Assembly (NCBI GenBank): GCA_027028245.1
Contig: JALVJO010000038.1
Location: 17,545 to 81,544, forward strand
DNA length: 64,000 bases
Source: Deltaproteobacteria bacterium
GTDB lineage: Bacteria; Desulfobacterota; Dissulfuribacteria; Dissulfuribacterales; QOAL01
Direction: 5' to 3'
Made by a program: the position numbers and the translations under genes. Each line of letters starts with the position of its first letter. The stretch's first letter is position 1. This document shows, one piece after another, positions 20,631-29,968 of the stretch. The notes under the pieces are model-generated. The model worked only from the letters and a program-made list of their open reading frames with translations. It made no database searches and was not told the origin of the DNA.

Positions 20631-21925
20631 CAGGTAGAAACTTCCTGTTCTGCAGCAGGAAGAAAAGCCAGGCGGGCCAGAAAGGTCAAAACAACAAAGG
20701 TCATAAACGTGGGCAAGAGATAAAGATTTGCCTCTAAAAAAATATTGTAGCTGAACCAGATCAGAACGGAAGCCACAAAGACATAGGTACTGTTTTCCCT
20801 GGCCAGGGTTAAGACCCTGATCAGGGCAGCCGAGAGGAAAGCCAGCATTCCGAAAAGCCCTATTACCCCTAATCCCATGAGTGCATCAAGATAACCTGAA
20901 TGAATAGAACTTGGGATCCAACCCACGTTCTGGCTGATCTCAACATAGTGCTTTGGGCTTATGAAGGTATTGAATCCGTATCCCAAAATCGGTCTCTTTG
21001 CCGCCCACCTGAAACACTCATTCCAAAGAGGCAGCCTGCCGGTCAGGGTGCCTATGCTTTCCCTGGCGGTTTCACCCCTGCCCAGGGTGAGGGCCAAATC
21101 ACCCAAGCTTGAGATCCCATCGCCCATTGCCAAGTATGAGATCGAAATCGCAATTAACATTAAGAGCACAGCTGCTACCCTGGCCCTTGCCGTAGAAACC
21201 CAGGTCCCAAAAAAGAACAGGCCTACAATAGTAGAAGCAAGGGCCATGCGGCTCTTTGTCAATACCAGCAGTACCAGGCCGAATAACAGAGCGGCAAAAT
21301 ACCAGTATCTTTTCTTTGCATCTTTACTGGAATATGCCAGGTATGCGGCAGAAAGGGCCAAAAGGCCGCAGTTCCATCCCATCATCACCGTATGAAACAC
21401 GCCTGAAAACCGCCACAATTCATAAAAGGGATCAAGGGTATGAAGGCGTATTTCGTTAACAAAACCAGCCGCAGCAGTCACCCCTGTAATCCAAAATGCA
21501 ATTCTGGCCAGGTCCTTAATTGAATAATGGGCTGCAGTGGCTATGGCTGCGAACCATAAAATTGCGAACACTGCCACCCTTCTCAGGGTAAACATCTTGT
21601 CAATTGACCACAGAAGACTCATCAGCACCCAGGCAAAATAAATAATCAAGAGCCAGCCGGCGGCCCCGTTGATACGGAATCTGTTTCTGGTAACAGCCAG
21701 GAGCCCTGCAGCATAAAAAGCAAGCACCACAAGTCCTATGCGCCTTCCCAAATTCCCTCTTTCCATGCGGTAAATGGCCTCATTGACCTGGATGAAGTTT
21801 TTTTTGTGTTTAACATCAGATGGCCAGGAAAAATCATACGGGGTAGTGAAACTGAAAATAACCAGAAAAAAAGGAATAATTATCCAAATTTTCCTGCCAG
21901 ACCCTGAATTTTCGAATTTATTCAT
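20630..21925 (-). CDS. Wzy-type polymerase / O-antigen ligase family
   Basis: Polytopic; LTKSR, TLTGRLPLW, PILGYG and HSGY motifs. Confidence 0.85.
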   Translation of the reverse strand: MNKFENSGSGRKIWIIIPFFLVIFSFTTPYDFSWPSDVKHKKNFIQVNEAIYRMERGNLGRRIGLVVLAFYAAGLLAVTRNRFRINGAAGWLLIIYFAWVLMSLLWSIDKMFTLRRVAVFAILWFAAIATAAHYSIKDLARIAFWITGVTAAAGFVNEIRLHTLDPFYELWRFSGVFHTVMMGWNCGLLALSAAYLAYSSKDAKKRYWYFAALLFGLVLLVLTKSRMALASTIVGLFFFGTWVSTARARVAAVLLMLIAISISYLAMGDGISSLGDLALTLGRGETARESIGTLTGRLPLWNECFRWAAKRPILGYGFNTFISPKHYVEISQNVGWIPSSIHSGYLDALMGLGVIGLFGMLAFLSAALIRVLTLARENSTYVFVASVLIWFSYNIFLEANLYLLPTFMTFVVLTFLARLAFLPAAEQEVST

Positions 21926-23270
21926 TTACATCAGCCTTGCGCATGGATTTAAAAAAATAGCCGATAATTATAGACGCAGTGATTGCTAACCCCAGAAAAA
22001 GGCCCAGTGCAACTCCAAATGGACCGAATTTTTTCACAAAATAAATACCACAGGAAAGCGTTATCAGCAACGGGACCACATTTGCTGAGAAATAGGCCCT
22101 TGTTTTTTCCATGGCCAGCAGACCGTATGAAAACGGGAAACAAGCTGCCATGATCAACAGATTAACCGCCAATACCGAAATTATTTTTTGATTTCCTGCA
22201 TATTTTGCCCCATAAAACAGAACCGCCAGGTATCCGCCCCCAATAAACAGTGTGACCGCCACAGGCAGAACAAGCAGCAAAAAAAGGATGCTGTTCTGTC
22301 TTGTGCATTTCAATAGTTTTTGTCTGCCACCTCTGGCATATGATGCAACAATTCGAGGTCCCAGGAAATTCTGGATACCTAACATTAGAGGATTTGCAAT
22401 GGACGCAATTCCCCAGCATGCACCCCAGATGCCTGCAGAAGCCGTCCCGTGAAAATATGCCAGAATCCAAGGGTATAGAGTCATGCTCAAGGCCCAAAGC
22501 AGGCCGCTTCCAAAAATCCAGCTTCCAAAAGCCCAGTTTTGGGTAAGATGCTTCCAAAATCGCAGGTTGGACAGGGAATACAGATCTCTATTAATGAGCA
22601 GCCAGCCTGTTGCTGCAACTGCACAGGCAATGCCCATGACCCAGAAGGCGGTGCGTGCAGAAATAAGGGCCCTTGAATATAGAAAAAGAAGGCCTGACAG
22701 CTGGATTACACAAACTGCAGAATCAACCAAGAATGCTGTCTTCATGAGAAGATTTGCAAAACATAGCCTGCGAATAAACTCCTTCAGCATAACGAAGGAT
22801 ATGACCAGAAGAAGGGTGTCAAGTACGTTGATCAGACCAGGGGCTGGGAATGCCCTTACAAGAAAATTTTCCCCAATCCATATGGCAAAGACAGTCAACA
22901 GGCATAGCATCAGCTGCTGTATCAGGCTGCTGCCCGTATAATGAGCCAGTTGTCTTCCTTTTAATCGCTGGCAGTAGACGGTATAGGGAGATGAGAGAAG
23001 CGATGTCTGAAGGTCCACCACAAATAATACTATATTAAAGCACAGAAGATAGAGTCCGAATTCATCCTTGGTACAAGCCCTACCTATGATTATTCCAGTC
23101 AAGAAATTGGTGGCACTTGCCACCACCTGGTCCAAAAGGGCAATGACTCCTCCTCTGCCCACGGATGAAACATAGTGGCCGCAAGCCTTGAACAAAGATT
23201 TGGCACGAAAAAGAAAAAATCCCGATGATTTGATTGAATTTACAGGGGATCTGCCGGCCGCTTTTTTCAT
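21918..23270 (-). CDS. Wzx-type oligosaccharide flippase
   Basis: About 12 TMs; DQVVASATNF..I.IGR..EFGLY motif. Confidence 0.85.
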   Translation of the reverse strand: MKKAAGRSPVNSIKSSGFFLFRAKSLFKACGHYVSSVGRGGVIALLDQVVASATNFLTGIIIGRACTKDEFGLYLLCFNIVLFVVDLQTSLLSSPYTVYCQRLKGRQLAHYTGSSLIQQLMLCLLTVFAIWIGENFLVRAFPAPGLINVLDTLLLVISFVMLKEFIRRLCFANLLMKTAFLVDSAVCVIQLSGLLFLYSRALISARTAFWVMGIACAVAATGWLLINRDLYSLSNLRFWKHLTQNWAFGSWIFGSGLLWALSMTLYPWILAYFHGTASAGIWGACWGIASIANPLMLGIQNFLGPRIVASYARGGRQKLLKCTRQNSILFLLLVLPVAVTLFIGGGYLAVLFYGAKYAGNQKIISVLAVNLLIMAACFPFSYGLLAMEKTRAYFSANVVPLLITLSCGIYFVKKFGPFGVALGLFLGLAITASIIIGYFFKSMRKADVNE

Positions 23271-23277
23271 TTGATTT

Positions 23278-23427
23278 CTATCTGCCTGTCAGCGATGATG
23301 CACGGTGTACACCACTTGCGATAAAGGCCTTGCAGGCAGGAAATGCGTCAAAACCGAAACGAAGCATCTTGGCAATGAGGCCTGGTGGTGGTTGGTAACT
23401 GCGAAAGACCTTGTAATAAAACAACAT
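23278..23427 (-). CDS. Possible 49-aa small ORF immediately upstream of wzx
   Basis: Strong RBS AAGGAGG 5 nt before ATG 23427. Its stop lies 7 nt before the wzx start. Confidence 0.35.
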   Translation of the reverse strand: MLFYYKVFRSYQPPPGLIAKMLRFGFDAFPACKAFIASGVHRASSLTGR

Positions 23428-23985
23428 GAATTCCTCCTTGACTTGCCACAGAGGAAAATGAGGAAGCTTCAGTGCGGGATATGTCCTTTCTGAACAATTT
23501 TTTTCTGCACTTTTAATGATAAGATGTTTTTTCATGCAAATTTTGTGAGGCATGGTACCCGGGTATGGATAATATATACATACAGCATGTTTTGGCCCCG
23601 CTGCCATTAACAAAGAGAGGCGGCATGTCTTCCAGCAGGTGCGGCCCATGTCATTGGGCTGCTAACCACACAAATCAACCGAGATTATTTATACTACCCA
23701 TTCACTATATTATAAGTCAATGATTTGAGAGGAGTTGTATCATCTTATATCAAATCCCAAAAAGATATCTGATGAAATATAGCCATAATGAAGGTATTGT
23801 CTGCATGTTATAGCCACAATCTACAAACCCTTAATTTAAAAAGGGACAAATAAAACTGAAATATGAAATACCCGGCATAAATAATATTTCGCATGGATAT
23901 ATATTCCCAATCCATTTTAACTGGTTGACAAAAACAAGATGGTGGTCTAAACATAATTTAGTTTTAAATCTTGTCCCCAGTTCAA

Positions 23986-24176
23986 CCCGGATTATGCAGC
24001 TCGTAAGTTTGCCGAAGATGCAAGGAGACGTACTATGGTACTTCAAATGCCCGATACCCCGGTATCGCGGGACAAATTCGGTGAAATTGCGAGCCCCTTG
24101 CGGCTTCAAATGGCGAACGTTTTTGCTATTGGTAAGAAAAATCATTTTGTTTGGCATTTGAAGTGGATAATTTGGG
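23986..24176. mobile_element. MITE copy 3 (internal deletion, 191 bp)
   Basis: Ends CCCGGATTATGCAG and GGATAATTTGGG. Flanks TTCAA/TTAAA match 4/5. Confidence 0.85.
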
Positions 24177-24346
24177 TTAAAAATTCATTTCTATAGACTG
24201 AAATGCCTCAATATCTGGTTTTTGTCCCAAATTACACAGCTCTCAAATTGGCAGCAGCTTACATCATGCGATTTCTTTAAAACAATGAGTGCTCATTTCC
24301 CTGATAGGTTGGACCTGCTATCAGTTTCCCCGATTATCCAGGATTA

Positions 24347-25396
24347 ATGTTAAAAGGAATCCAGGTTGCAAGAGGAGTAGCTGCACTCTTTGTTGTTCTT
24401 TACCATGCATCTAGATGGTCTCATGTGTTTTATCATCAAGTTTTCAACAAATTTTTTAATTTTGGTTATATAGGAGTCGATTTCTTTTTCGTATTAAGTG
24501 GATTTATTATTTTTCATGTTCATAGCTCGGACAGTCCCGGGATAAAGACATGGAAAAGATATTTTTTAAAGAGACTGATTCGAATCTATCCTCCGTATTT
24601 ACCCATATCTATAACGCTGTTGCTGGCATATTTCTATTTTCCTGAAATAGTAAAAGGAAATCGTGAAATTGGAATAATAACCAGTATTTTTCTTGTCCCT
24701 TCAAAATATTGGCCATCGCTTGAAGTTGCCTGGACATTGATTCATGAGATGTTGTTTTATTCTATTTTTTCTCTTTATTTTTTTTCAAGAAAAGTCTTTC
24801 TTGTTGTTACATTCTTCTGGGTAAGTTTGATTATAGTTAATATATTTATTGGTGCTAAGTATTATTTATTGGCTTTTCTATTCAATTTTCACAATATTGA
24901 GTTTATCTTTGGAGTTATTATTGCATATATAATAAATTTCTACTCGAAATATTATAAAATTTCACTTGTTTTTGGCTTCCTACTAATTTTCTTTTATGCT
25001 CTAGGAGCATATTATCAGCTTAATAATCTGTTTTTAGGTCATAGTGAAATTTCTATTTTATATTTGGGTTTAGCTTTTTCATTAATTGTCTATGGCTTAT
25101 ATGGTATTGATAAATATACTTCTGTCTCTTATCCAATATCTTTAATTGTTTTAGGGAGTGCATCATATTCTCTTTATCTAATTCATTATCCTTTGGTCTG
25201 TATTTTAAATAGAATTTCATCAATGATTTATCCTGAAATCACACCCTATTATAATATCATTTTTATAACAACTGTTCTGCTTTGTATAATTATCTCAATT
25301 CTTTATCATCGTATTTATGAGGTCAAGGTAATATCATATTTGAGAAATAAGCTAGGATTGGGATCCAGCAGCTCTTTATATACCAACCCTGGGTAA
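24347..25396 (+). CDS. Acyltransferase family 3 (OafA-like membrane O-acyltransferase)
   Basis: RGVAA..V.LYH, GVDFFFVLSGF, RLIRIYP, WTL.HE and G.ASYSLYL.H motifs. Visibly very AT-rich relative to flanks. Confidence 0.92.
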   Translation: MLKGIQVARGVAALFVVLYHASRWSHVFYHQVFNKFFNFGYIGVDFFFVLSGFIIFHVHSSDSPGIKTWKRYFLKRLIRIYPPYLPISITLLLAYFYFPEIVKGNREIGIITSIFLVPSKYWPSLEVAWTLIHEMLFYSIFSLYFFSRKVFLVVTFFWVSLIIVNIFIGAKYYLLAFLFNFHNIEFIFGVIIAYIINFYSKYYKISLVFGFLLIFFYALGAYYQLNNLFLGHSEISILYLGLAFSLIVYGLYGIDKYTSVSYPISLIVLGSASYSLYLIHYPLVCILNRISSMIYPEITPYYNIIFITTVLLCIIISILYHRIYEVKVISYLRNKLGLGSSSSLYTNPG

Positions 25397-25482
25397 TATT
25401 CTATACAAATGTCAGTGAAGAGCCCTTTGGTTTTCATAAGTAGAATAGGGTTATAAGTATTACTCAGGTAAGAGGAATACCC

Positions 25483-26208
25483 ATGTTAAAAAAAATATTA
25501 AGAAAGGCTATAAACCTTACTCGATCCAAGCAGGATGCTGAAATAGCTTTTTGGCGAAATGAAATAAAAAGATATCAGAAATGGTTCAAAGGAGATTTAT
25601 CACCTCTCTATAAAACGCCTAGTCCCAAAGATTCTCAAAAAGAAAAGGCTACCACTCTAAAAGATGCAAGTATACTCACATGGCACAAATTACATCAGGA
25701 AGTCAAATATCTAGAAGCCCTTGCATTAAAACCTGATGCGTTTCAAAACATGAAACTCTTGGATGTCGGCTCTGGACCCATGCCGAGTGCAACTTGCTTT
25801 AAAGGATGCCGACTTTACTGCCTGGAGCCCTTGCTGCCAAAATACCTGGAGATCGGCTTTCCTCTCCATTATTATGAGAACGTAACATTCATTCACGGAA
25901 AATCCGAAAAAATACCCGTGGAAAATGGCTTTTTTGATGCGGTTATTTCAGTAAATGCAATTGATCACGTGGACAATATCCGAGAAACCGCTGCCGAGAT
26001 CAGGCGGGTATTGAAAAAAGGGGGGTTGTTGCGCATGCATGTGCACTATCATCCTGCCACAAAATGCGAGCCAATTTCTTTTGATGATGATTTCTTTCAA
26101 GAGCTCTTCGGCTGGTGTCTTAATCTTTCAAAGGTTGAGATCCCCAAACAAAATTACTCCACAACCCTGCCTGATAAAGAGAATTTTGTTTTGTGGAGCA
26201 ATTTTTAA
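25483..26208 (+). CDS. Class I SAM-dependent methyltransferase
   Basis: LLDVGSG, FDAVISVNAIDHV and EIRRVLKKGG motifs. Confidence 0.88.
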   Translation: MLKKILRKAINLTRSKQDAEIAFWRNEIKRYQKWFKGDLSPLYKTPSPKDSQKEKATTLKDASILTWHKLHQEVKYLEALALKPDAFQNMKLLDVGSGPMPSATCFKGCRLYCLEPLLPKYLEIGFPLHYYENVTFIHGKSEKIPVENGFFDAVISVNAIDHVDNIRETAAEIRRVLKKGGLLRMHVHYHPATKCEPISFDDDFFQELFGWCLNLSKVEIPKQNYSTTLPDKENFVLWSNF

Positions 26209-26299
26209 AATTTGTCCCCCTTTCACTTCTTCATGATCCGCCATCTCAAAATAGCGGCCAAACCAGAAATTATATTTTATCCCGAATTTCGACAAAAGT

Positions 26300-26448
26300 C
26301 CGAGCCTGTTGCGGCTTCAAATGCCGAACGTTTTTGCTGTTGGAACCTGACACCATTTAGGTAAATATTTTTTGCATTATGTTAACGATAATCTACTGAA
26401 ATTATAAAATAAATCACTTTGTTCGGCACTTGAAATGCATAATTTGGG
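26300..26448. mobile_element. MITE copy 4 (right half only)
   Basis: GCGGCTTCAAATGCCGAACGTTTTTGCTGTTGGAACCTG...TGCATAATTTGGG matches copies 1 and 5. A short duplicate end GTGCATAATTTG follows. Confidence 0.82.
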
Positions 26449-26474
26449 TTAAAGTGCATAATTTGAATTTATCG

Positions 26475-27635
26475 TTACCAGCCCGAGCGCGGCGCCCGTT
26501 TTACGTATTCCATGATTATTATCCACGCCCTCCAAATCACAAAAAAAGGAGCATATACCAAGGACTTGTAAACTCTCTGGTCCGCACGGGCTGAAATCAG
26601 CCCCATCAATACATAAACCGCCATGCTGAAAATAGCAGCGACCCATAAATAAAAAAGTCCGTTAAATCCATGAAAGTCCAGGAGAAAATATGGGATAAAC
26701 AGTATCCATACAGCCAGAAACAGCAAGGCAAAAGGCGGCAGAATTAATTCCATCATGGCATCGAGATATGAGATCTCACGGGTACGCAGGAAGCTCCGAA
26801 AGAGTCTGGAAAGGTAAATATTTCGTACCTGGAATTTACCCACATCCCACCGGAGCCTCTGTCCCCGGGATTTGCCTACATCTTCATGGAGCTTAACCGA
26901 CACCTTTGCATCCGGGGCAAATACTACCCTGATGCCGTGCAGCTTCAGAAACATGGTGAATTCCAGGTCTTCCACCATTGAAACAGCGGGCCAGCCGAAT
27001 CTTTCCACGATGGACCTTGAAAAACACATGCCTGTGCCCATAAGATTGGCCTGTAGTCCCAGCCTGCTTCGCCCCTTGTACCGCAGATTCCTGTTAAGGG
27101 CAAATCCGAGAAAGGCCAGACTCTCCATGGAGGAATGCTCTGGATGTCTTACCTGGGAATATGCCTGAATGGCCTCAGCCCCTTCTATTAAGAGGGTATT
27201 CATGACAAGCAGAAAATTGTCGTTCATGTAAGTATCTGCATCGATCACAACCATTGCATCGAAGGAATAAACGGGCAGTATTTTGTCCACGGCCCATGAA
27301 AGTGCGTATCCCTTCCCAGGCCTTTCAGGTTCAGACCTTTCGAGACATTTCACGCCCATGGCCCTGACGACCTTTGCAGTATCATCATTGCAATTGTCTG
27401 CAACAACAACGACCTGGATCAGTTCGGGCGGATAATTCACCTTCTCTATCCTTTCCAGGGTATGGGATATGACAGAGGCCTCGTTATGTGCAGGCACAAG
27501 TATGAGAAAGTGCTTTTGAGCTGGCATGAGGTTTCTTCTCTTTTCAGGCAAAAGACCAGCAGATGCCAGCACAAAAAGATAACAAAACACCAGCAGCAAA
27601 ACTGCTGCGATGAATCCAAAGATAATATCCAGCAA
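26475..27635 (-). CDS. Membrane GT2 glycosyltransferase (paralog of 31924-33123)
   Basis: LVPAHNE, VADNC, GKGYAL, IDAD, VED and QRLRW motifs. Confidence 0.9.
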   Translation of the reverse strand: MLDIIFGFIAAVLLLVFCYLFVLASAGLLPEKRRNLMPAQKHFLILVPAHNEASVISHTLERIEKVNYPPELIQVVVVADNCNDDTAKVVRAMGVKCLERSEPERPGKGYALSWAVDKILPVYSFDAMVVIDADTYMNDNFLLVMNTLLIEGAEAIQAYSQVRHPEHSSMESLAFLGFALNRNLRYKGRSRLGLQANLMGTGMCFSRSIVERFGWPAVSMVEDLEFTMFLKLHGIRVVFAPDAKVSVKLHEDVGKSRGQRLRWDVGKFQVRNIYLSRLFRSFLRTREISYLDAMMELILPPFALLFLAVWILFIPYFLLDFHGFNGLFYLWVAAIFSMAVYVLMGLISARADQRVYKSLVYAPFFVIWRAWIIIMEYVKRAPRSGW

Positions 27636-27638
27636 TAT

Positions 27639-28469
27639 CTATTCCTGCTGTCTGAAAAAACGCTGAAAAAAAACCATGGCTATGAAAACCATATTGCCAA
27701 TCAGATATCGGCGCCAAAGCCGCCTCGGTTCGGCCATAAGACGGCACAGCCATTCGAATCCGTTATCCAGCAGCCACTGCGGGCCTCTGGGTGTGCTGCC
27801 TGAAAGAAAATCAAACAATCCGCCCACACCCCACAATATTCTTGGGGACAGGAGGTCCCTGTTCCTGGTTATCCAAAATTCCTGATATGGGGCACCTAGA
27901 CCTACAAGAAGGATATGGGCACCGCTATTGTTTATAAGAGATATAACCTTTTCAGTTTCGTCCTGGGTAAAATATCCATGGTGCGTACCGGCGATCTTGA
28001 GGTTGGGAACCTTCTCCAGAAGACGGAGGGCAGCCTTGCTGGCCACCCCTTCCCTGGCACCCAGCAAAAAAATCTTGTATCCCCTTTCTGCGAAATGGCT
28101 GCAGAAATCCGGCATGAAATCAGCTGCCGTGGATCGGGCGGCCATCCCGAGACCCAAAAATCTTGCACCAAGTACCACACCTATGCCATCTGGATATAAT
28201 ATGTCAGCTGAGTTCAATAATTTCTTGTAATCCCTGTTTTTTCGAGCAATCAGCATGCAGTCTGCGTTCACATACATGACCAGGCGCTGACGGGAACCTG
28301 AGGCATAGCAGAGTATCCGCTCAAGCAGCTGCCTTGTGTCCAGATTGTCCACCTTGACACCCATAAAATCTACAGTGTCTCTGGTGGTTATATCAGTCTT
28401 CCCTTTCTCTGTTCTACAGCTTAAAACACCGGATGATCTGTCCGCACCGGAATCTTGCAGGACATTCAT
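27639..28469 (-). CDS. WecB/TagA/CpsF (GT26) glycosyltransferase
   Basis: PDGIGV, HHGYF, LVGLGAPYQE, GVGGLFDF and EWLCRL..EPRRLWRRY motifs. Start at ATG 28469 after GAGGGG. Confidence 0.92.
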   Translation of the reverse strand: MNVLQDSGADRSSGVLSCRTEKGKTDITTRDTVDFMGVKVDNLDTRQLLERILCYASGSRQRLVMYVNADCMLIARKNRDYKKLLNSADILYPDGIGVVLGARFLGLGMAARSTAADFMPDFCSHFAERGYKIFLLGAREGVASKAALRLLEKVPNLKIAGTHHGYFTQDETEKVISLINNSGAHILLVGLGAPYQEFWITRNRDLLSPRILWGVGGLFDFLSGSTPRGPQWLLDNGFEWLCRLMAEPRRLWRRYLIGNMVFIAMVFFQRFFRQQE

Positions 28470-28482
28470 TTTACAGTTCCCC

Positions 28483-29946
28483 TCAAGAACGAATCCTCGA
28501 AAAATCGAGTATATGTCCCAGGACCGCCTTGGAACCACGCAGGACATAATCAAGATCTTCCCTGCTGCGAATGCCCAGGATCTGGCGCAAAATAAATTGA
28601 GGCGTTACGAAGGACTTGTAGATATTGCTGCACATTTTCATGACCTCTTCAGGGGTCATGTCCGGAGTTTCAAGTACCGGTTCAGTCATATCGTATCGCT
28701 GCCAGGAGTCTATGGGATTGAAGCGTATCCAGCCCTTTTTGACTGCCTCTTTGAACAAAGGGGTGCCTGGGTAGGGTACAACCACCGTGGCCTGCAGCAT
28801 TTCCGCGTGTCCCTTGGCCATGAGATTCCTTGCAAGATCCAGGGTCCTTTCTGCATCCTTCCTGGTCTCCCAGGGATAACCCACCATTACTGTAAGCTGT
28901 ATATTTAGTCCGGCCCCGGATGCCAGCCGGCAACCTTCTACAATATCCTCCACGCGGATATTCTTGTTTATCTTGTCCAAAGTAGCCTGATTTGCTGATT
29001 CAAGGCCGGATTTCATCTTTCTGAACCCTGCCTTTTTCATGAGGCTAAGCAGCTCCGGCCTTTTTACCAGGTAATCGAATCTCATGTTGCAGGAAAAGAG
29101 GATTTCCTTGTTGAGGCCGCGTTCAATCAGGCCCTGACAGAACCTCTTGAGCCAACCGCCAGCAGGAAAATTTCCCGTATCGTCGAATATTTCTTTTACT
29201 CCGAAATCTTCAACCAGCATTTCTATTTCGTTCAGCAGGCTTTCGACGCTGCGTGTTCTGAAGCTTGGATACAGGGTTGTCCATGAACAGAAACTGCATC
29301 TGCCCCATGGGCAATCACGCCCGGCCATGGTGTACCTGAAGGGTTCGCGTTTTTTCCATTTTTCAAAATAAAGATGAGCCTTGGTGAGTTTCCTGTCAAT
29401 AAAAGGAAGGCTGTCCAGTTTACCCGACAGGGAAAATGCTCCAGTGTTTCTGATACCGCCGTCCTGCCTGTAATAAGTGCCAGAAGGCAGCTTCGTCTTG
29501 CCGTAAAGCGCATCTGCAAGGGCCTTGAGTCCAAAATCATAGTCTCCACCCGTGAGAACAAAATCCACTGAGCACTTTCGAAATGATTCTTCAGGAAGGG
29601 CAGTTACATGATCCCCCACCAGCACAGTCTTAATATCAGGATCTATTTTTTTGATATCGTCGATAATAGACCAGTGCAGCTTGACCACTGGGGTCTTGGT
29701 CTCCATGATGATCATGTCCGGCCTGGAACTTGTGACCTCTTCCAGAAAATTCTCATAGGACAGTTGTTCCGCAATGCCGTCATGCCAGATGACATCGTGT
29801 CCCTCCCTGGCAAGAAGCGTGGCGGCAGATGCCATGACAAGAGGATAAATATAGGAGCCTTGGCTCATCCACTGGAACTGACGATTTTGAGTCAGCATCG
29901 GGCTTCCTTTACCCTGGAGCTGAGGATAGCTTATCATGATCTTCAT
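28483..29946 (-). CDS. Cobalamin-binding radical SAM protein
   Basis: N-terminal B12-binding-like domain (ETKTP, LVGDHVTALPEE), CxxxCxxC (CPWGRCSFC), GLESANQ and VPYPGTPLF. Confidence 0.88.
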   Translation of the reverse strand: MKIMISYPQLQGKGSPMLTQNRQFQWMSQGSYIYPLVMASAATLLAREGHDVIWHDGIAEQLSYENFLEEVTSSRPDMIIMETKTPVVKLHWSIIDDIKKIDPDIKTVLVGDHVTALPEESFRKCSVDFVLTGGDYDFGLKALADALYGKTKLPSGTYYRQDGGIRNTGAFSLSGKLDSLPFIDRKLTKAHLYFEKWKKREPFRYTMAGRDCPWGRCSFCSWTTLYPSFRTRSVESLLNEIEMLVEDFGVKEIFDDTGNFPAGGWLKRFCQGLIERGLNKEILFSCNMRFDYLVKRPELLSLMKKAGFRKMKSGLESANQATLDKINKNIRVEDIVEGCRLASGAGLNIQLTVMVGYPWETRKDAERTLDLARNLMAKGHAEMLQATVVVPYPGTPLFKEAVKKGWIRFNPIDSWQRYDMTEPVLETPDMTPEEVMKMCSNIYKSFVTPQFILRQILGIRSREDLDYVLRGSKAVLGHILDFSRIRS

Positions 29947-29968
29947 GGCACTTATTCGCCCGATCTCA

